Source: Patellaria atrata CBS 101060 (Eukaryota). From it: a stretch of DNA of 64,000 nt. The position numbers and the translations under genes were made by a program. The notes below the pieces were generated by a model. It was not told the DNA's origin. It did not search any database and worked only from the letters and a program-made list of their open reading frames with translations. Each line of letters begins with the position of its first letter. Positions within the stretch are counted from its first letter, which is position 1. Positions 1 to 13,158 of the stretch are shown one piece after another. The DNA is taken from contig MU006092.1 in NCBI GenBank assembly GCA_010093705.1, positions 874,623-938,622 of the forward strand, given 5' to 3'.

Positions 1-1308
1 AGTAAAAGGCTGGAGAGCTTGAGCTCTCCCACCTACTGTACTTGTATAGAAGTTGAGCTCTATGAGGCTCATGATCATTGGCATGGTTTGGTGGATCTGG
101 AGGAGTCAGTCTCAGTGGGAGGCAAAAATAATTCTCTTACACAAAGTGGCTGTATTGAAGGTTTACTATTCGAAAGAATCGAAACAAATTCGGAAGTTTT
201 GCAGCTCCTGTTAGGAAGCGTTTGGGGCCAGAAGCGGATGGAACCAATAGGTCAATATGTGGCTTTGTGCCAAGTTAGCCCCACGCGAAGTTCTGAACAG
301 GAAGATGTGAGATAGATTTGGGACTGGAAAGATAAACATGTTCCCCAAGCCGAAATGCAAGTTACTGTTTTACTCTGAACTGTGGTATCACAACAAACTT
401 TGCTCCCAGGTGATCCGATAGTCATAAAAGATATAGAATTGCAGGAGCCTAGAAAGAGATAAAAGGAAGACTGGTGCGTCCCACGGGTCCACGACTGTAC
501 TCCGTACTCGTCGTACGGAGGTATAGTACAGCAGAGTACCAGTATGGCAGTGACGAACAAATAATAAGCGAATAGGAGCCCTTGGAACATATATTCTGTC
601 AAGCACAAAGTATTTTGTATCTTCTGGTTTATCCGTACCGCACGGAACAAAGAGCTTGAACAGGGTTAGTATGCAATGATATGCTTGTGAGGGTGTGGTG
701 GTGTGGGAGGATTTGCAGATTTGCAGCATTCAGCTCATTTGGATCGAGCCATTTTTGCTCCGCGCAGAGTGCTCCCCCATTTCACTGAACTGGATCCTGC
801 AACGTCATTCGAAGGAAGGGTCAATGCTCGTTCCAGAAGGTCACGATGGCAGATGATAGACGATAGATAGAATGGATTGAAGTAAAGGCGCAAGAAGCGC
901 GATGTAATTCATGAAATGATAAAAGGTTTGGAGAGATTTCCTAAAGAAACACTCGGGTCTTCTGGTGGTCTGTTCGAATAGGCAATCCGATGCAGTTAGC
1001 TTTTGATCACGTGACTTCAAGCGAATCATTCACCCAACTGCTCGTACTTTCCGTTGCTTTCCATCTTTCGGGAGGCTTGGCACTATCGGCTTATTTGGTC
1101 AAGGTCTTTGAGCCGATCAATCACCGACCTACACAAAGCCTTCAAACGTTCACCTGCATCAACTTCTTCCTTTGACACTCACATGCCAGCACAAGTACCC
1201 CATACCCCACAAGTCGATCCTGCATATTGATTCTACTATTTAGCTTCACGTTTCCCCAGTCCGTAGACTCTTGTCCGCACCAAAATCTTTCTCTTCAATC
1301 ACTCCACC

Positions 1309-1838
1309 ATGGCCTCATCACCAACGACAGTCTCTCAAAGCGCAGCAGCACCGTCAAGAACAATGCTCGCAACTCAAGCAGGTCCCTCAAGGACAACTAC
1401 AGCCACCTCTACTACGTTACGTCTGCGTGCTGAGAGGACGAACCAGCGACATATTTCATGGGCCGATGACGTAGTCGACAACGAAGGGATGGGCAAGAAG
1501 TCATCCAAAGGTAAGAATTACAAAGTGATATCCCTTTCCAATAGTTCAAGGTTAACATTTCTTCAGTATGCTGCATCTACCACAAACCTCACTCCGTAGA
1601 GGAGTCCTCTGATGACTCGTCCGACTCCTCTTCTTCCGATAGCGGTTCGGATAGCGAACCCGACAATAGTACCGCTCGTCCAGCTGGAGGCTCTAGAAAT
1701 GGACGGCATATTCACTCACACAGTCATGGCCATGGCGGTCATGGGACTGGCAAGGCACGAAGACCAAGTCCGAACGCCTACGAGAGGGTTCCGAAATACA
1801 ACACCACAAAGACCTCAAAACCGAGTCCCTCGACTTAA
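1309..1838 (+). CDS. YPI1: Type 1 protein phosphatase regulator Ypi1 (inhibitor-3 family); 2 exons, intron 1511-1566
   Basis: [29 protein letters not shown] after splicing a GTAAGA...CTTCAG intron; Ser/Asp-rich tract; C-terminal [13 protein letters not shown] at 1836-1838. Confidence 0.93.
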
Positions 1839-2340
1839 GAGCATCAATTGGCGTTTATGCTTGGGCACTGTAGCATTTTATCAATTTGTACTAGATTGCG
1901 TGAATGGGCGTTACATTGCATTAGGCAATAGAATTATGACGGCGAAGTGTACAGTAGCGGACCATTGCTGTCCCCATGAATCACGAGTTATGATTTCCAG
2001 CGACCCCTTGTTTTCGAATAGCCTCATTGTATCTGTTCTACCATGGGCCATCAGGGAGACCTGGGAACTTCAGATTGAAAATTGACATATCTTTTCATCA
2101 CGTACACAAAGACTCATCTGATATCTATGATTTGGTGAAAGTTGACGCTCTTGATGAACATTATCATGAGAATTCGTGGGACGAACAGCCTAATACCTGG
2201 ACGACATGATGTTTGGAGAGAAATGGAAGCGGTGGCTTCATGCCACTGGTTTTTGGATATATGCTACACAATTCCTTCCGTTCAGAATATTTGCATTCAA
2301 TATGCTGCCTATCCGTCCGACCAACTCTGTAATTCTTCAT

Positions 2341-2883
2341 TTATGCCTCTTCCACCTGGACTGTCTGCAAGTGCTTGGCATCCTTAACATTGACAGCTTG
2401 CACGTAGCTGTACAGCTTTTCCTTCGCACCCTCCTCATCATTACGCTTTCTCGAGATGCGAACACGCAGTCTGTACGGAACACCCTTGATACCGGACTCC
2501 CAGACCTTCTTGTTGAGCTGGGGATCTAGACGGACGTCCCTCGTGCCCTATTAAGGCCACCATAATTAGTAATCGAACTCTAAAGTAAGGGACTGGAAAA
2601 GGACTCGATCTTACCATAGCCTTCTCGGCAAAAGCCTTGATCTCCTTGATCGCGCGAGGTGCTCGCTTCTTGAAGCTGACGCCGTGAACCTATTATCCAG
2701 ATTTCGAATCAGTCTTCCGTCCAATGCCAAATGCCAGAAGCCATTTGACCATGTCTGGACTTCATAAAACTGAACTCAACGTACGCGCTTGTGTAGGTGG
2801 ATGGTGTATTCGCGAGCAACAACGTCGGCGATGGCGCTGCGGCCCTTGGCCGCCGGTTTGTTCGACTTGGTCTTGGTGGACAT
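2341..2883 (-). CDS. RPL31: 60S ribosomal protein L31 (eL31); 3 exons, introns 2784-2690 and 2614-2548
   Basis: Spliced translation MSTKTK...[32 protein letters not shown]...[41 protein letters not shown]...; missing from the ORF track because of introns. Confidence 0.97.
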
Positions 2884-3148
2884 TTTCTATTGAAGTAATT
2901 AGCAATGAGGAGGTTGAGAAGAGGGAGGATGGACGTACGGATACCGTCGAACAGGAGGTTTGTCGTGATACTACTGTTTGTCGCTGTCTGGTCAGGATTT
3001 CTTGATGTGGGCTTTCGGGTTCGAGGTGTGGATTTTCGCTTAATACCTTGGCATGGAACTCAAACTTAGGCTTCACGTGAGCTCGTTCTCTCAACGCGCG
3101 AACATCATCAGATACCCTGATACAAATGTTATAGCAACACGTTATATT

Positions 3149-4346
3149 ATGGAGCCATCACTTCTCGCTGACAACATTTCGCCTGAAAATATTAAGTTTA
3201 ATGTTGGAAAATACCATTTTCATGTGAAGCAATCTCTACAGGAACTGGACCAATGGCGCCGAAAAGTTATTCCTGGAATAGTTCAAGAGCGACTCAAGGA
3301 TGGCGACGCGTATCTAGAAAAGCCAGAGGTGGAGAAGCTCGTCGAATGGAAGCTGTAAGTCTACCATCACAATACCTTTAAGATTATGTTCTCCACCTAC
3401 CCAATTCTTATATCGTCCTAGTCGTCATGGTACATACCGTCCAAAACTCGCCAGCCTTGTCACGTCAAACAGCGCCGAAGATATTGAGGAAGCTACAAGA
3501 TCAGCATTTGAGCAGTATATTAAAGACGAGGATGCCGCGGCTGCTGTAAAAGCCCTGACTAAACTCAAAGGCATCGGGCCTGCTACCGCTTCTCTGTTAC
3601 TCTCCTGCTATGATCCCGTACGCGTACCGTTCTTCTCTGATGAATTGTTTCGCTACGTGAATTTTGAGGATAAGAAGGCGAAAGGATGGGATCGGAAAAT
3701 AGGTTATACCATGAAAGAGTACAAATCTTTGGTTGAAAGGGTCGATGTAGTTCGAAAGAGAGCCCACCTAGAATATGGCGCTGATATCAGTGCTATAAGC
3801 ATTGAAGAACTAGCCTATGTCTTGGGTACTCCTGAGGTATATGAACCTACTTTAATTGAGACCCGTAAGGACTCTAAGAGCAAGGAATCGGCAAAAGAAC
3901 CCGAGTCCGCAGCGGTCGATAGTCGGCCCAGGAAGAGTACAAGAAATGGTACGACTGGTAATGAGCCAACAAAACAAGCTTCTGCAACTCCTGGTGGTAA
4001 TCCTGCAGAGTCTACAAGAGGGCGTAACACTAAGCGGAAAATCGAAGAAGTGGCTGATAAAGATAACGATAACCGGGAGGCAAAAAGGAACACTCAACCG
4101 CCGAAGAAAGCGAAGTCTGCGAAATTAAGGACAAAAAGGTTGAGTCCAAGTCAAGTTCACCCGAGTCTGAATGGACAAAAGCTTACTGGTTCTATCAAGC
4201 TCGCCATAAAGAAATCAAAAAGAGGGGACCCGACGGCCCTCCCGTTTACGACTACTTGGGGTTCGAGCTTGACTACAGCAAGGTCGTTTCCAACAATCAA
4301 CCCCCGCGTCGTCGTAAAATTAGCGCCTCATCCCCCTTATACATAG
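3149..4346 (+). CDS. Uncharacterised Amun-like protein with helix-hairpin-helix (DNA-glycosylase-like) motif and basic C-terminal tail; intron 3355-3421; 3' end uncertain (may splice to 4570)
   Basis: LVEWKL|RHGTYRPKLASLVTSNS...LTKLKGIGPATASLLLSCYDPVRVPFFSDE; GTAAGT donor and CCTAG acceptor join ORFs 3053..3358 and 3645..4346. Confidence 0.75.
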
Positions 4347-4850
4347 ATCTAAACGAGGACGCCCAGTTGCTTGGTATAGACAGAAACAAAATCTCGATCT
4401 TTTCTTCTGTAACTTTTAAGGAGAGGGTAGCAAAAGATCTCAGATCGCTCTATCACAAAGTAACTATGAAAGACTGTAAGGAATGGTATGCAAAAGGCTT
4501 TAGGCCGAACCCGGAGAGTTTGAAGCAGAGAACATACCAAATGAGGAGAAGAATACACTCACGCTCTTAATGAAGGGGAGCACCCTCCGGAAATGAATAG
4601 TCGTTCCAGATGTGTAGATAAAAAAAGTCTCCAATATCTACGAGTGCAAAAACACTCGAATGGAGGGAACATATCCGTGTCAAAGACCAACAACACAGTA
4701 CTCACAATTGGAATATAATAATCCATAATTTCATAAATACTGCGACCCCAAAGAAAATCGCTATCAAACAACTGCATCCCAAGCTCCTTAACCAAACCGC
4801 GCCGCAACGCGCATCGCTAAGCTAAAAAATCCAACACCCACATATACCAT

Positions 4851-7348
4851 CTACAACATCATGCTCCTCCTCCGATTAGCCGCTCTTTCCCCAGCCGTAC
4901 TCTCCTCAACCCTATCCCCATCACCCGCATCATCCTTGTCAAACGATACGACACCCCTTCCCGTTCTTCTTCTCGAACTGACTCTTTTATTCGCATTCTC
5001 GTCGCCTCTGTCTGCGTCTAGGTCGAATCCACCACCCCGAAATTGGGGTTGCACCTGTGCGAGATTAGGCACGCTGGAATGTCTCCTCGAGCTTCTTGCC
5101 CTCGCGAGCTCCTCCTTGGTGACTCGTCTTCCTTTCGCCGTACTCGTCTTTTGCGGTGAGGATGATTCTGTGAACTCGAATATCGCTAGGTCCGGTCTCT
5201 CCTCCTCCTCCTCCTCCTCCTCCTCCTCCTCCTTCTTCCGCTCCGCATCCGCGTCGTACGGGGTATTACGTTTGGGCGCTGATTTATCCCGCCGGTGCGA
5301 AGAGGAGTGAGTGAGTGCAGATATCGCGGCTGCAGATTCCGACGGGATATCGGTCTTTGATAATGCGGCTGAGAATGGGTCTCGCTCTTCAGTCGGATCT
5401 GGTGGCGCTGCTACAGATGTGGTGACCAAGGGTTGTGCACTCTTGTTCGACAGCGGACTATTCGGCTCCGCTTTCGGTAGATGTTTCCAAGCTGTCTCTG
5501 AATTCCCATCCCGCTCACGCTTGATGATTATGCGACTAACGGAAGGGTCATTCTTAGTCTCTGTGAGTGGAGCCGAGCGTTCTCGATCAAGCTCAGGTTG
5601 GGCACTTGTGGATCGTCGCACATCTCGCTGTACGGCGTCGACGAGGTCTTTGGTTGGCCGTCGCATTTTGCTGATGAGGTTAGGTTCGGCATAGTTGACG
5701 GAAGCTCTAGCTCGTCGGCCTGCTCGGCCGTTCTGAATTGCTTCGGCTGCTGTCATTGACGATATGTCGGGGGGTGGCGGCGTATCTTTTGATTCCTGCC
5801 TAGCTACTGATGGCTCCGTTGAGATAGTGGGCGAGAAGAGATCTAGTCCTGCGGGAGTCTTTGGGGGAAGAGCGGCTGTATCGGGCTCGATTTCGACGGT
5901 TTCTAAGACCTCTTTCTGCTCGGGTTGAGGTATGTGAATGGTGGTGTTTCGTCTGGCATCACGGTTGCGCTCTTTAATTGATACTTTTGGTGGTAGAGCA
6001 GGTTTTTTGCTGTCAGGTTTCTTGTCCAGCTGTGATACTTTGGTAGGCTTTCGAGGTGATATAACCGAGTCCGTATTGACGCTCTCTGTTGATATGATTA
6101 GATAAATCAAATTATTAGAAGGAAATGGAGCACATACTGTCGCCTAGAACCCTCCGGTCAAGGACGGGAGCCGCCTTTATAATCTCCTTTTCCCTACGTG
6201 TTGCTACAGAAGTTCGTCCCTTGGTAGTCGTTACATTGGGTTCTGGGATTTTACCCTGGAATCTCGATGCTCCGGTTGTCTTGCGACTGAATCTAAATTC
6301 CTCCGCATGATCGACGCTCTCCGTACTCTTTTTCTCATCCTCTTCTCTAGTACTAAGCTTCCTCTTTGCACCGGTCCGCACGGGCAAGGTCTTCTCAGGT
6401 TCTGCTTCAGGCCCGGATCCATTTTCTATCTCACGGTATTGGAACACTGACATTCGCCGTATGTCTAATTTACTATGACTATCTCTGCGCTTTCGTCTGT
6501 TCTCCGTATCAATGGCAATCGGCTGGGGTATATCATCCTCAGGTTCGGCTTCGGCTTCGTCGTCGTTATCGTCAAGCTCATGTGGTTGAGATATCGGAAG
6601 CGGAGGCAGAGCATCAAATTTGATAGGGTCTTCATCCTGAAAATGTGCTATTGGGGGAGGGCCGAGGTCAGGGGATTCGCTTGATTGACTTGTGATCAGA
6701 TCACGAATTTGCTCTGGCCTTGAAAAGATTAGTCTCAGTAATGGGTTTAACTTCCTTATATTAACATACTCTAGTGTTTGCCTCAGATAATATTTGTTCT
6801 CTGCGATAACAGGTAGCCTTCCGTCGCCACCCTCATTACTCGGAGAGGCAAGCAGTGGATTGTTGTACGTCCGTTCTTCCGGTAACTTTTTGGCAGCTGT
6901 TTTCTCAGGTCTTTGGCATCTTGGTGGTGATCGAGTGATGATCAAGTCCGCAGCCAATGTACTTAGTTCTTGTATCTTTTGCTCTAACTGATCCTTTACC
7001 GTATTGATTGTCTCCGCAGATATTCCATTCTGTTGTCGCTCGACTACGGTTTCCAGTTCAATGATCTGTTCGCGTAGGGAGAGATTCTCTGCGACGAGTC
7101 TTGTTGTTTCTGCTTCGAGATTGCGTATGCGGATAGACTGGACCGAATTACTCCTGTATACGGAGGTCAGTTGCGAATGTTCGATAATATTTGGTAAAGA
7201 CCATACTTTGCAAGCTCTCGATTCTGACGGATAAATCTACGCTTGACTATAGATCTCGTCAGCGACGTTAACAACTACTCACTACCCTTAAGGTCTTACG
7301 GGCTTCAATAGAATCTGTTGAAACCGGAACTTCGTTCAATCGCGCCAT
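4851..7348 (-). CDS. SGO1: Shugoshin; 5 exons (introns ~7299-7247, ~7206-7154, 6769-6719, ~6137-6087)
   Basis: N-terminal coiled coil MARLNE...LKRRFIRQNRELAK.NSVQSIRIRNLE; SGO motif GRRARASVNYAEPNLISKMRRP; C-terminus RRRSMML. Confidence 0.93.
5200..5232. repeat. (TCC)11 trinucleotide repeat encoding poly-Glu in SGO1
   Basis: Visible repeat; protein reads KKEEEEEEEEEEERP. Confidence 0.9.
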
Positions 7349-7623
7349 AAGCGAATAAATGATGATTGTTTATATATGCTAAATCAACAGGTAAATGATA
7401 TTGTGATACGTAAGGAAGAGACATGCGGAGCGTTGTTTCCAAAATGCATAGATGTGTCGTCCGGCTGGTGATTGATGATGGTCGGTTGGTTGGTGAGTAG
7501 TTCGCCGGCTGTTGGAAAGTAAACAATGCCAAGGCCGATGATAACTTTTAGTTCTTGTCTGTTGCTATCCCGCACGAGCCACGCAACAAAGGCCTCTCAA
7601 TCTTCCCCGCCAAAACGCCTTGT

Positions 7624-7629
7624 ACGCGT
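7624..7629. promoter_or_regulatory. MCB (MluI cell-cycle box) ACGCGT in the SGO1/DAD2 divergent intergenic region
   Basis: Exact ACGCGT between two divergently transcribed kinetochore genes; function inferred. Confidence 0.5.
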
Positions 7630-7740
7630 TTATTCATCCTCCAAGGTCAGGTTCCGAAAGGAGTCTCAGCATCACATTTCGCATCTCCGTACTGCTGTAC
7701 AGGCTCTGGCATTACAATTATTTGCTTGTTTACCCTAAAA

Positions 7741-8312
7741 ATGTCCTACTCAGGTCGACCGCTCCCGTCCCACCTACGCGCTCCATCCGCCTCTACCTCC
7801 CAACCTTCTACCGGCCAATCTCCCGTCCTCCTCGCCCGCATCGCTGAGAAGAAAGCGGAACTAGCCAACCTCAAAGAATTACAAGTTCTCAGCGCAGGTC
7901 TAGCTGACCAGATGCAAACCCTAGAAGACAAGCTGGCAACATTATCGAATGGAACGGAAGGTACGCGTTCCCTCAACTAACTAGATTGGTGTCACCGAGA
8001 AGGAGAGGGAAGAGCATTAACTGACGGTGTTACGCAGCTGTAGCAGCCGTCCTTTCTAATTGGCACAATGTTCTACGTGCCATAAATATTGCTTCGAGTA
8101 GGACATCATTCTTCCACCCCAGCAAACAAGGAGAGTTATAATTAACAATCTGCTTAGTAAAACTCGCAACTCCGAAAGCTTCATCCATTGAGGAGACCGC
8201 ACAAAATGATGGCGTCGAGCCTCCGCTTCCCCAGACGCTCGTCCGTATACCGACACAACAAGCTGCCTTACTACCGCGGACGAGCGAAACCCAAGGGGCA
8301 GGCGCGGATTGA
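7741..8312 (+). CDS. DAD2: DASH/Dam1 complex subunit Dad2; 3 exons (introns ~7961-8037, ~8098-8157)
   Basis: LLARIAEKKAELANLKELQ.LSAGLADQMQTLEDKLATLSNGTE|AVAAVLSNWHNVLRAINIAS ... PLPQTLVRIP; TGA 8310-8312. Confidence 0.92.
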
Positions 8313-10711
8313 TCAGATCTGGTTTCACGCGTAACAGTGCTTTAAAACAATCAGTATTATCCCCATAGCATAGTAAAGGGATAATAACTGTTATAGTCGA
8401 CAAACGGCAGAGCTTAAACCGAGTCTACATGGCCCATAGCGGCGATCCGATCAGGAACAGTCGATATCGTGCGATGCGCTGGGTGGTGTGATGAGAAGAT
8501 CAAGATTTCATCCGTTGATCGTACCTCTATTGCTATGGATACCAGCATTACAGGTTGTTTTATGTGGAAGGAGAGCTTCGACTTAGTTGTATGGAACGAT
8601 GAAGACCCTTGGATGATGTCATATCGAATAGTTGGCCCGTAAATGTGTCGCAAGCGTATAGCAAACGAGGATTGTCCCCAACGGTGGGGACGAAAGATTA
8701 GGGATCGCATACTCCGCTACAAAAGATAAAAATATATCAAAGGCTTGGTCTACCCTGACCAAGCTACCATCATGTTATAGAGATGATGTTGTCCCCGTGA
8801 TAGCCCTGCAATCATAGAAATACTCCTCATACTATCAACAATTTTGACGGCAAATTTTCTTGCATCTCACTCTTCCTCTCGATCCCGTATTACCACGGCT
8901 TATTTGGCTCTGTTGTGTACCATGGAGATCGTTTCCGCCGAGGTCTTATATCTTATTATTATACCCGCGTACTCAACAAAGTCTCTATTCTCGAGATTTT
9001 CCTACTGATATGTTACGTTTCACAGGGATCTGTTTTCGTATACCCATGTATAAACACTACTATGGCGCGGCCACTCTACGAGATTCAGTTTTCACGCCAT
9101 ACGATTCGAAGGCGTTCTTCAAGAAAAACTTATCAACAGGGCCAACATTCACTTGAGGGGGGTTTCAGGTGCAGGATGGCCATTGCATAGTGTTAGTTCA
9201 TTCTACACGCAGTAATGTAAAAGAGTTTCCAGGACCGGACCGGGTACTATTTCAAGTATTCAATGTCTTCCGTATACTCAAATGTTAGTACTCATTCTCG
9301 AGGAGAATGCTCCCTCTACGTAGGTTTTAGACTATAGAGTATCGGTGATTAAGAATAAAAGCCACGAAACAGTTAAGAAAGGCTTCTGTTAGGGAGATTT
9401 CTGTCCGTCGAGTACAGTGTCCAAATCCGGTTGAGCATCAACTTTGAGTTCTTCTTATTGTATTTATACATCACACTCTTGACACGTTCATACACTTCCT
9501 AGACGAGGCTAGCAAGATGCTTAAAAGACTTAGAGTTGCTGTCGTGGCTTGCCATCATGACGGAAGCTGCCGTAAAGCCACCGGTCCTTGGAGGTTATTC
9601 ATATAAGGTACCGTAGAGCTAACTTAACGACGACAAGAGAAATATGAATACAGTACTACCTTCAAACCCTCACTGTTTGACGACGAAAAAATCTAACTCC
9701 CGACGATGCCTTTAGCTAGAGAGTTAAAGAGCTACTTATACTGTCTTCTGATATAATCCATAGCCCACCCTGCTACCCACCATCAGCTTCCTCAGGCATG
9801 TCCAGGTACTGTACAGAAGATATGCGCATTCAACCAGACAAGAGATGCTATCGAAGCTTGTCCGAGCATAAGCAATGCACATTTGCTGAAGCGATCAATA
9901 TAAAAATGTGCTTATCTTGTTCAAGACTTCTTATTCACAGAACAAGCATTACCGTACCGACGTGAATCTATTCCCAACCAGGCAGGTCGTCTTACGAGCA
10001 CGGCAGGCATCTAGCACAACAAATCATGACGTTCTGATGCTATTGAACCCGTATCATCGGTGTAGGAATCATCAAATCCCTCGGACTCTGCTCCATGTTC
10101 AGTTTACCGTCTGTGGAAATCAATAATATGATTACATTAGTGTTGCCAATTATCTAGTTACGGAGAACATGGGGTTTCCACCCATGCTTCCAGTAACCCG
10201 ACCAAGCCGACCTTATGGGAGGGCTGACTGATAGAAAGATTGGGGATAAGCTTGCCTTGCTCTAATTCAAGATGATCACTTCCGTTTCTTCTTCTTCTTT
10301 AACCATGCTGCTATCGGCACATGGTGGATTCATGTTCCTGTTTACGACACCAGGATGGCGAAGCCGATCCTTCCACTAGAGATACTTGCCTTACCTTACG
10401 TCTAATCTTCTATCCTCCTTCTCAATCCAGCCAAAATGAATTTTAGGCTACACGCCTCCATTCTAAGTCAGGGTCTAACTCTGCATCTTACCGTCATCAC
10501 TGGAGCTACCCTAGCAAGGTAAGTGACATGGACGAGGGAGCTTAAGGTACCTTAAGGTAGCTCTCCAGCCTCTGTTAGATATTTATCCCATTTTCTTCCT
10601 ATTGCACCGCAGCTTTTCTCTTTTCACCTCTATGAAGCTCTAATATAGGCTATCTCTGCAGCACTAGGTTATCTGCTTCTACTACTTTTCTGACCTCACT
10701 TTCTCTCCAAC

Positions 10712-12639
10712 ATGAAGTCCCTTTCTATATTCTTGGCTGCTGCTCTCAGCATTGCCCCATCATCTCATGCGTATTCTGAGCACTTCAGAAGACATGCTAG
10801 CAAGACTCCTAAACTACAAAGACGAGATATACCACGTGTGGTAAGCGAGCCAAAACTTCGAAAGCGAGATTCTCCATATCTCAATAGCGCGACAGAGAGT
10901 ATGTTCTCAATGGATGTCCTTTCAAAGGTTACGTGCTCATATGCTTTCAGAATTCGTGGTAAATGGCTCTGCGATCCCCGAGGTACCTTTCGACATTGGG
11001 GAATCATATGCTGGCTTGTTACCCATCTCAGATGATCCAGACGAGACGAGGAAGATATATTTCTGGTAATTTCTAGCACTTTTAGGACTTCAAATTTACA
11101 ATTGACACGTTTGACTAGGTTCTTTCCTTCAACCAATCCAAATGCCACGGACGAGGTCACTTTATGGTAAGACCTGCCCAATTTCAGCGGCAGACTGCAA
11201 TTGATCATGTTAGGTTCAACGGCGGCCCTGGGTGTAGCTCTCTCAGTGGATTGCTCACTGAAAACGGACCGTTTACATGGGAAGCAGGAACTCTATCACC
11301 AGTTCAGAACCCATATAGCTGGACTAATCTCACGAACATGCTCTGGGTGGAACAACCCATAGGTGTCGGTTTCACTCAAGGCGAGCCAAATATTAGGAAC
11401 GAGGAAGAGCTCGGGCAACAGTTCATCGGCTTCTATAAGCAGTTTGTGGACGCTTTCCAAGTTCATGGCCATAAGGTCTACCTAACGGGAGAGAGCTATG
11501 CTGGTTTCTATGTACCGTACATCGCAGATGCTTTCATCAAAGCAAACGACACAGATTATTATAATCTGAAAGGGATAGCAATTAATGATCCTATCCTCGG
11601 AGACGAGACAAACCAACAAGAAGGTGAGTTATCTGAATGACCTAGGTGCTAGGGCATGAGGTTTACCAAACACCAGTGGTCATCGTACCCTACGTCGACT
11701 ATTTCCAGAATATCTTCTACCTTAACGACTCTTTCATGGAAGCGATCCATGCTCGCAACGACGAATGTAACTACACCGACTACCTAAACACATATCTCAC
11801 CTTCCCACCACCCGAGGGACCCTTCCCGGTCCTTCCCGATCCGTTCGCCTCTGAGAATTACACTTGTGACATGTTTGACAGCGTTTACGAAGCAGAACTC
11901 CTTGTTAACCCATGCTTCAACATCTACCACATCACAGAAACATGTCCCCATCCTTTCGGCCAGCTAGGCATTGTAAACCCCGGAGACTACCAACCACCAG
12001 GTGCACAGGTCTACTTCAACAGATCTGACGTCCAGGAAGCGATCAACGCTCCTCCAACCAATTGGATGCAATGCACTGATCGCAATGTCTTCAATTATGG
12101 CTACATTGATAACTACACCCTGGGTGACACATCTCTCGGCCCAGCGCAGAATGGTGTCCTGCAACGCGTCATTGAGTTCACAAACAACACGATTATTGGC
12201 AGCGGAAACCTGGACATGCTACTCAACACAAATGGAACGCTGCTGGCGATTCAGAACATGACGTGGAATGGCGTACAAGGTCTCCAGGAGTACCCCGGAA
12301 CGCCCTTCTATGTTCCATTTCATCCCGAGTACAACGGTGGAGCGCTCTCCGGCGCTGGTGTAGTAGGTTACTGGGGAGCGGAGAGAGGCCTGACTTTCTA
12401 CCAGGTGCAGCTTGCTGGTCATGGTGAGTAACTTTTGGCCCCATGGGTTTACTTGAACACGGACTGACACATGTGTAGAATTGCCCGGCTTCGCTCCAGG
12501 AGCGGGTTACAGGCAGCTGGAGTTGTTACTGGGGAGAATCTCCTCGTTAGGTGAAGTCAGTGATTTCACTACCCAGACTGGTAACTTTACTGGAAATGGG
12601 ACGATATATAAACGTTCGGAGGATTATGGACAGTATTGA
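10712..12639 (+). CDS. Secreted serine carboxypeptidase (S10 family, CpdS-like); 6 exons
   Basis: Signal peptide MKSLSIFLAAAL; WFNGGPGCSSL; WVEQPIGVGF; catalytic GESYAG; GNLDML; QLAGH|ELP; five GT-AG introns; TGA 12637-12639. Confidence 0.93.
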
Positions 12640-13158
12640 GAGGGTATGGAGATGAGGTCTGATGACCGTTGTGGAAACTGAGACGAAGAAAAACATGCAT
12701 AATGATTAAGGTGATATGTATATGGAGACCTAGAGGAATATTATATAACATATAACTATCTGTACATTCACCCCTTTGCTGAGAATTAAAGGGATGTGCG
12801 TTGTAATACTCACCTCAGGGTCGACCGAAGGGGGATTTGATACAGTACAGGGAAATTCCAGCCTTACAAATTTTGCATACTTTCAATATATGCTATATTG
12901 TTCCTGTCGCAGAGGATATCTATTGTTCTCTCTCTACACGTGTACTGTATATGGAGGGGTAAACTATTGTGGAAGGAGTAATCCCCAGTTCCAGCCGCTT
13001 GTACACTCGCGTCAATCTGGACGGAGCGGAGAGTTTGAACAGTCGTGATTTTCGTATAGAGCGGTGATCGTGTCTAAATCCGTGATTTTCTACCACACCA
13101 TTAACCGTATAGAGCGGCCATTTCCTGAGGTTAACTCAAATTGTACATTCCGGCCTGC

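Noticed and set aside
6719..6769. Stop-free in-frame 51-nt intron in SGO1
   Set aside because: Short in-frame introns arise often by chance; nothing suggests functional retention
8414..10400. Short ORFs between DAD2 and the carboxypeptidase
   Set aside because: No recognisable domains or consistent splice structure; treated as intergenic
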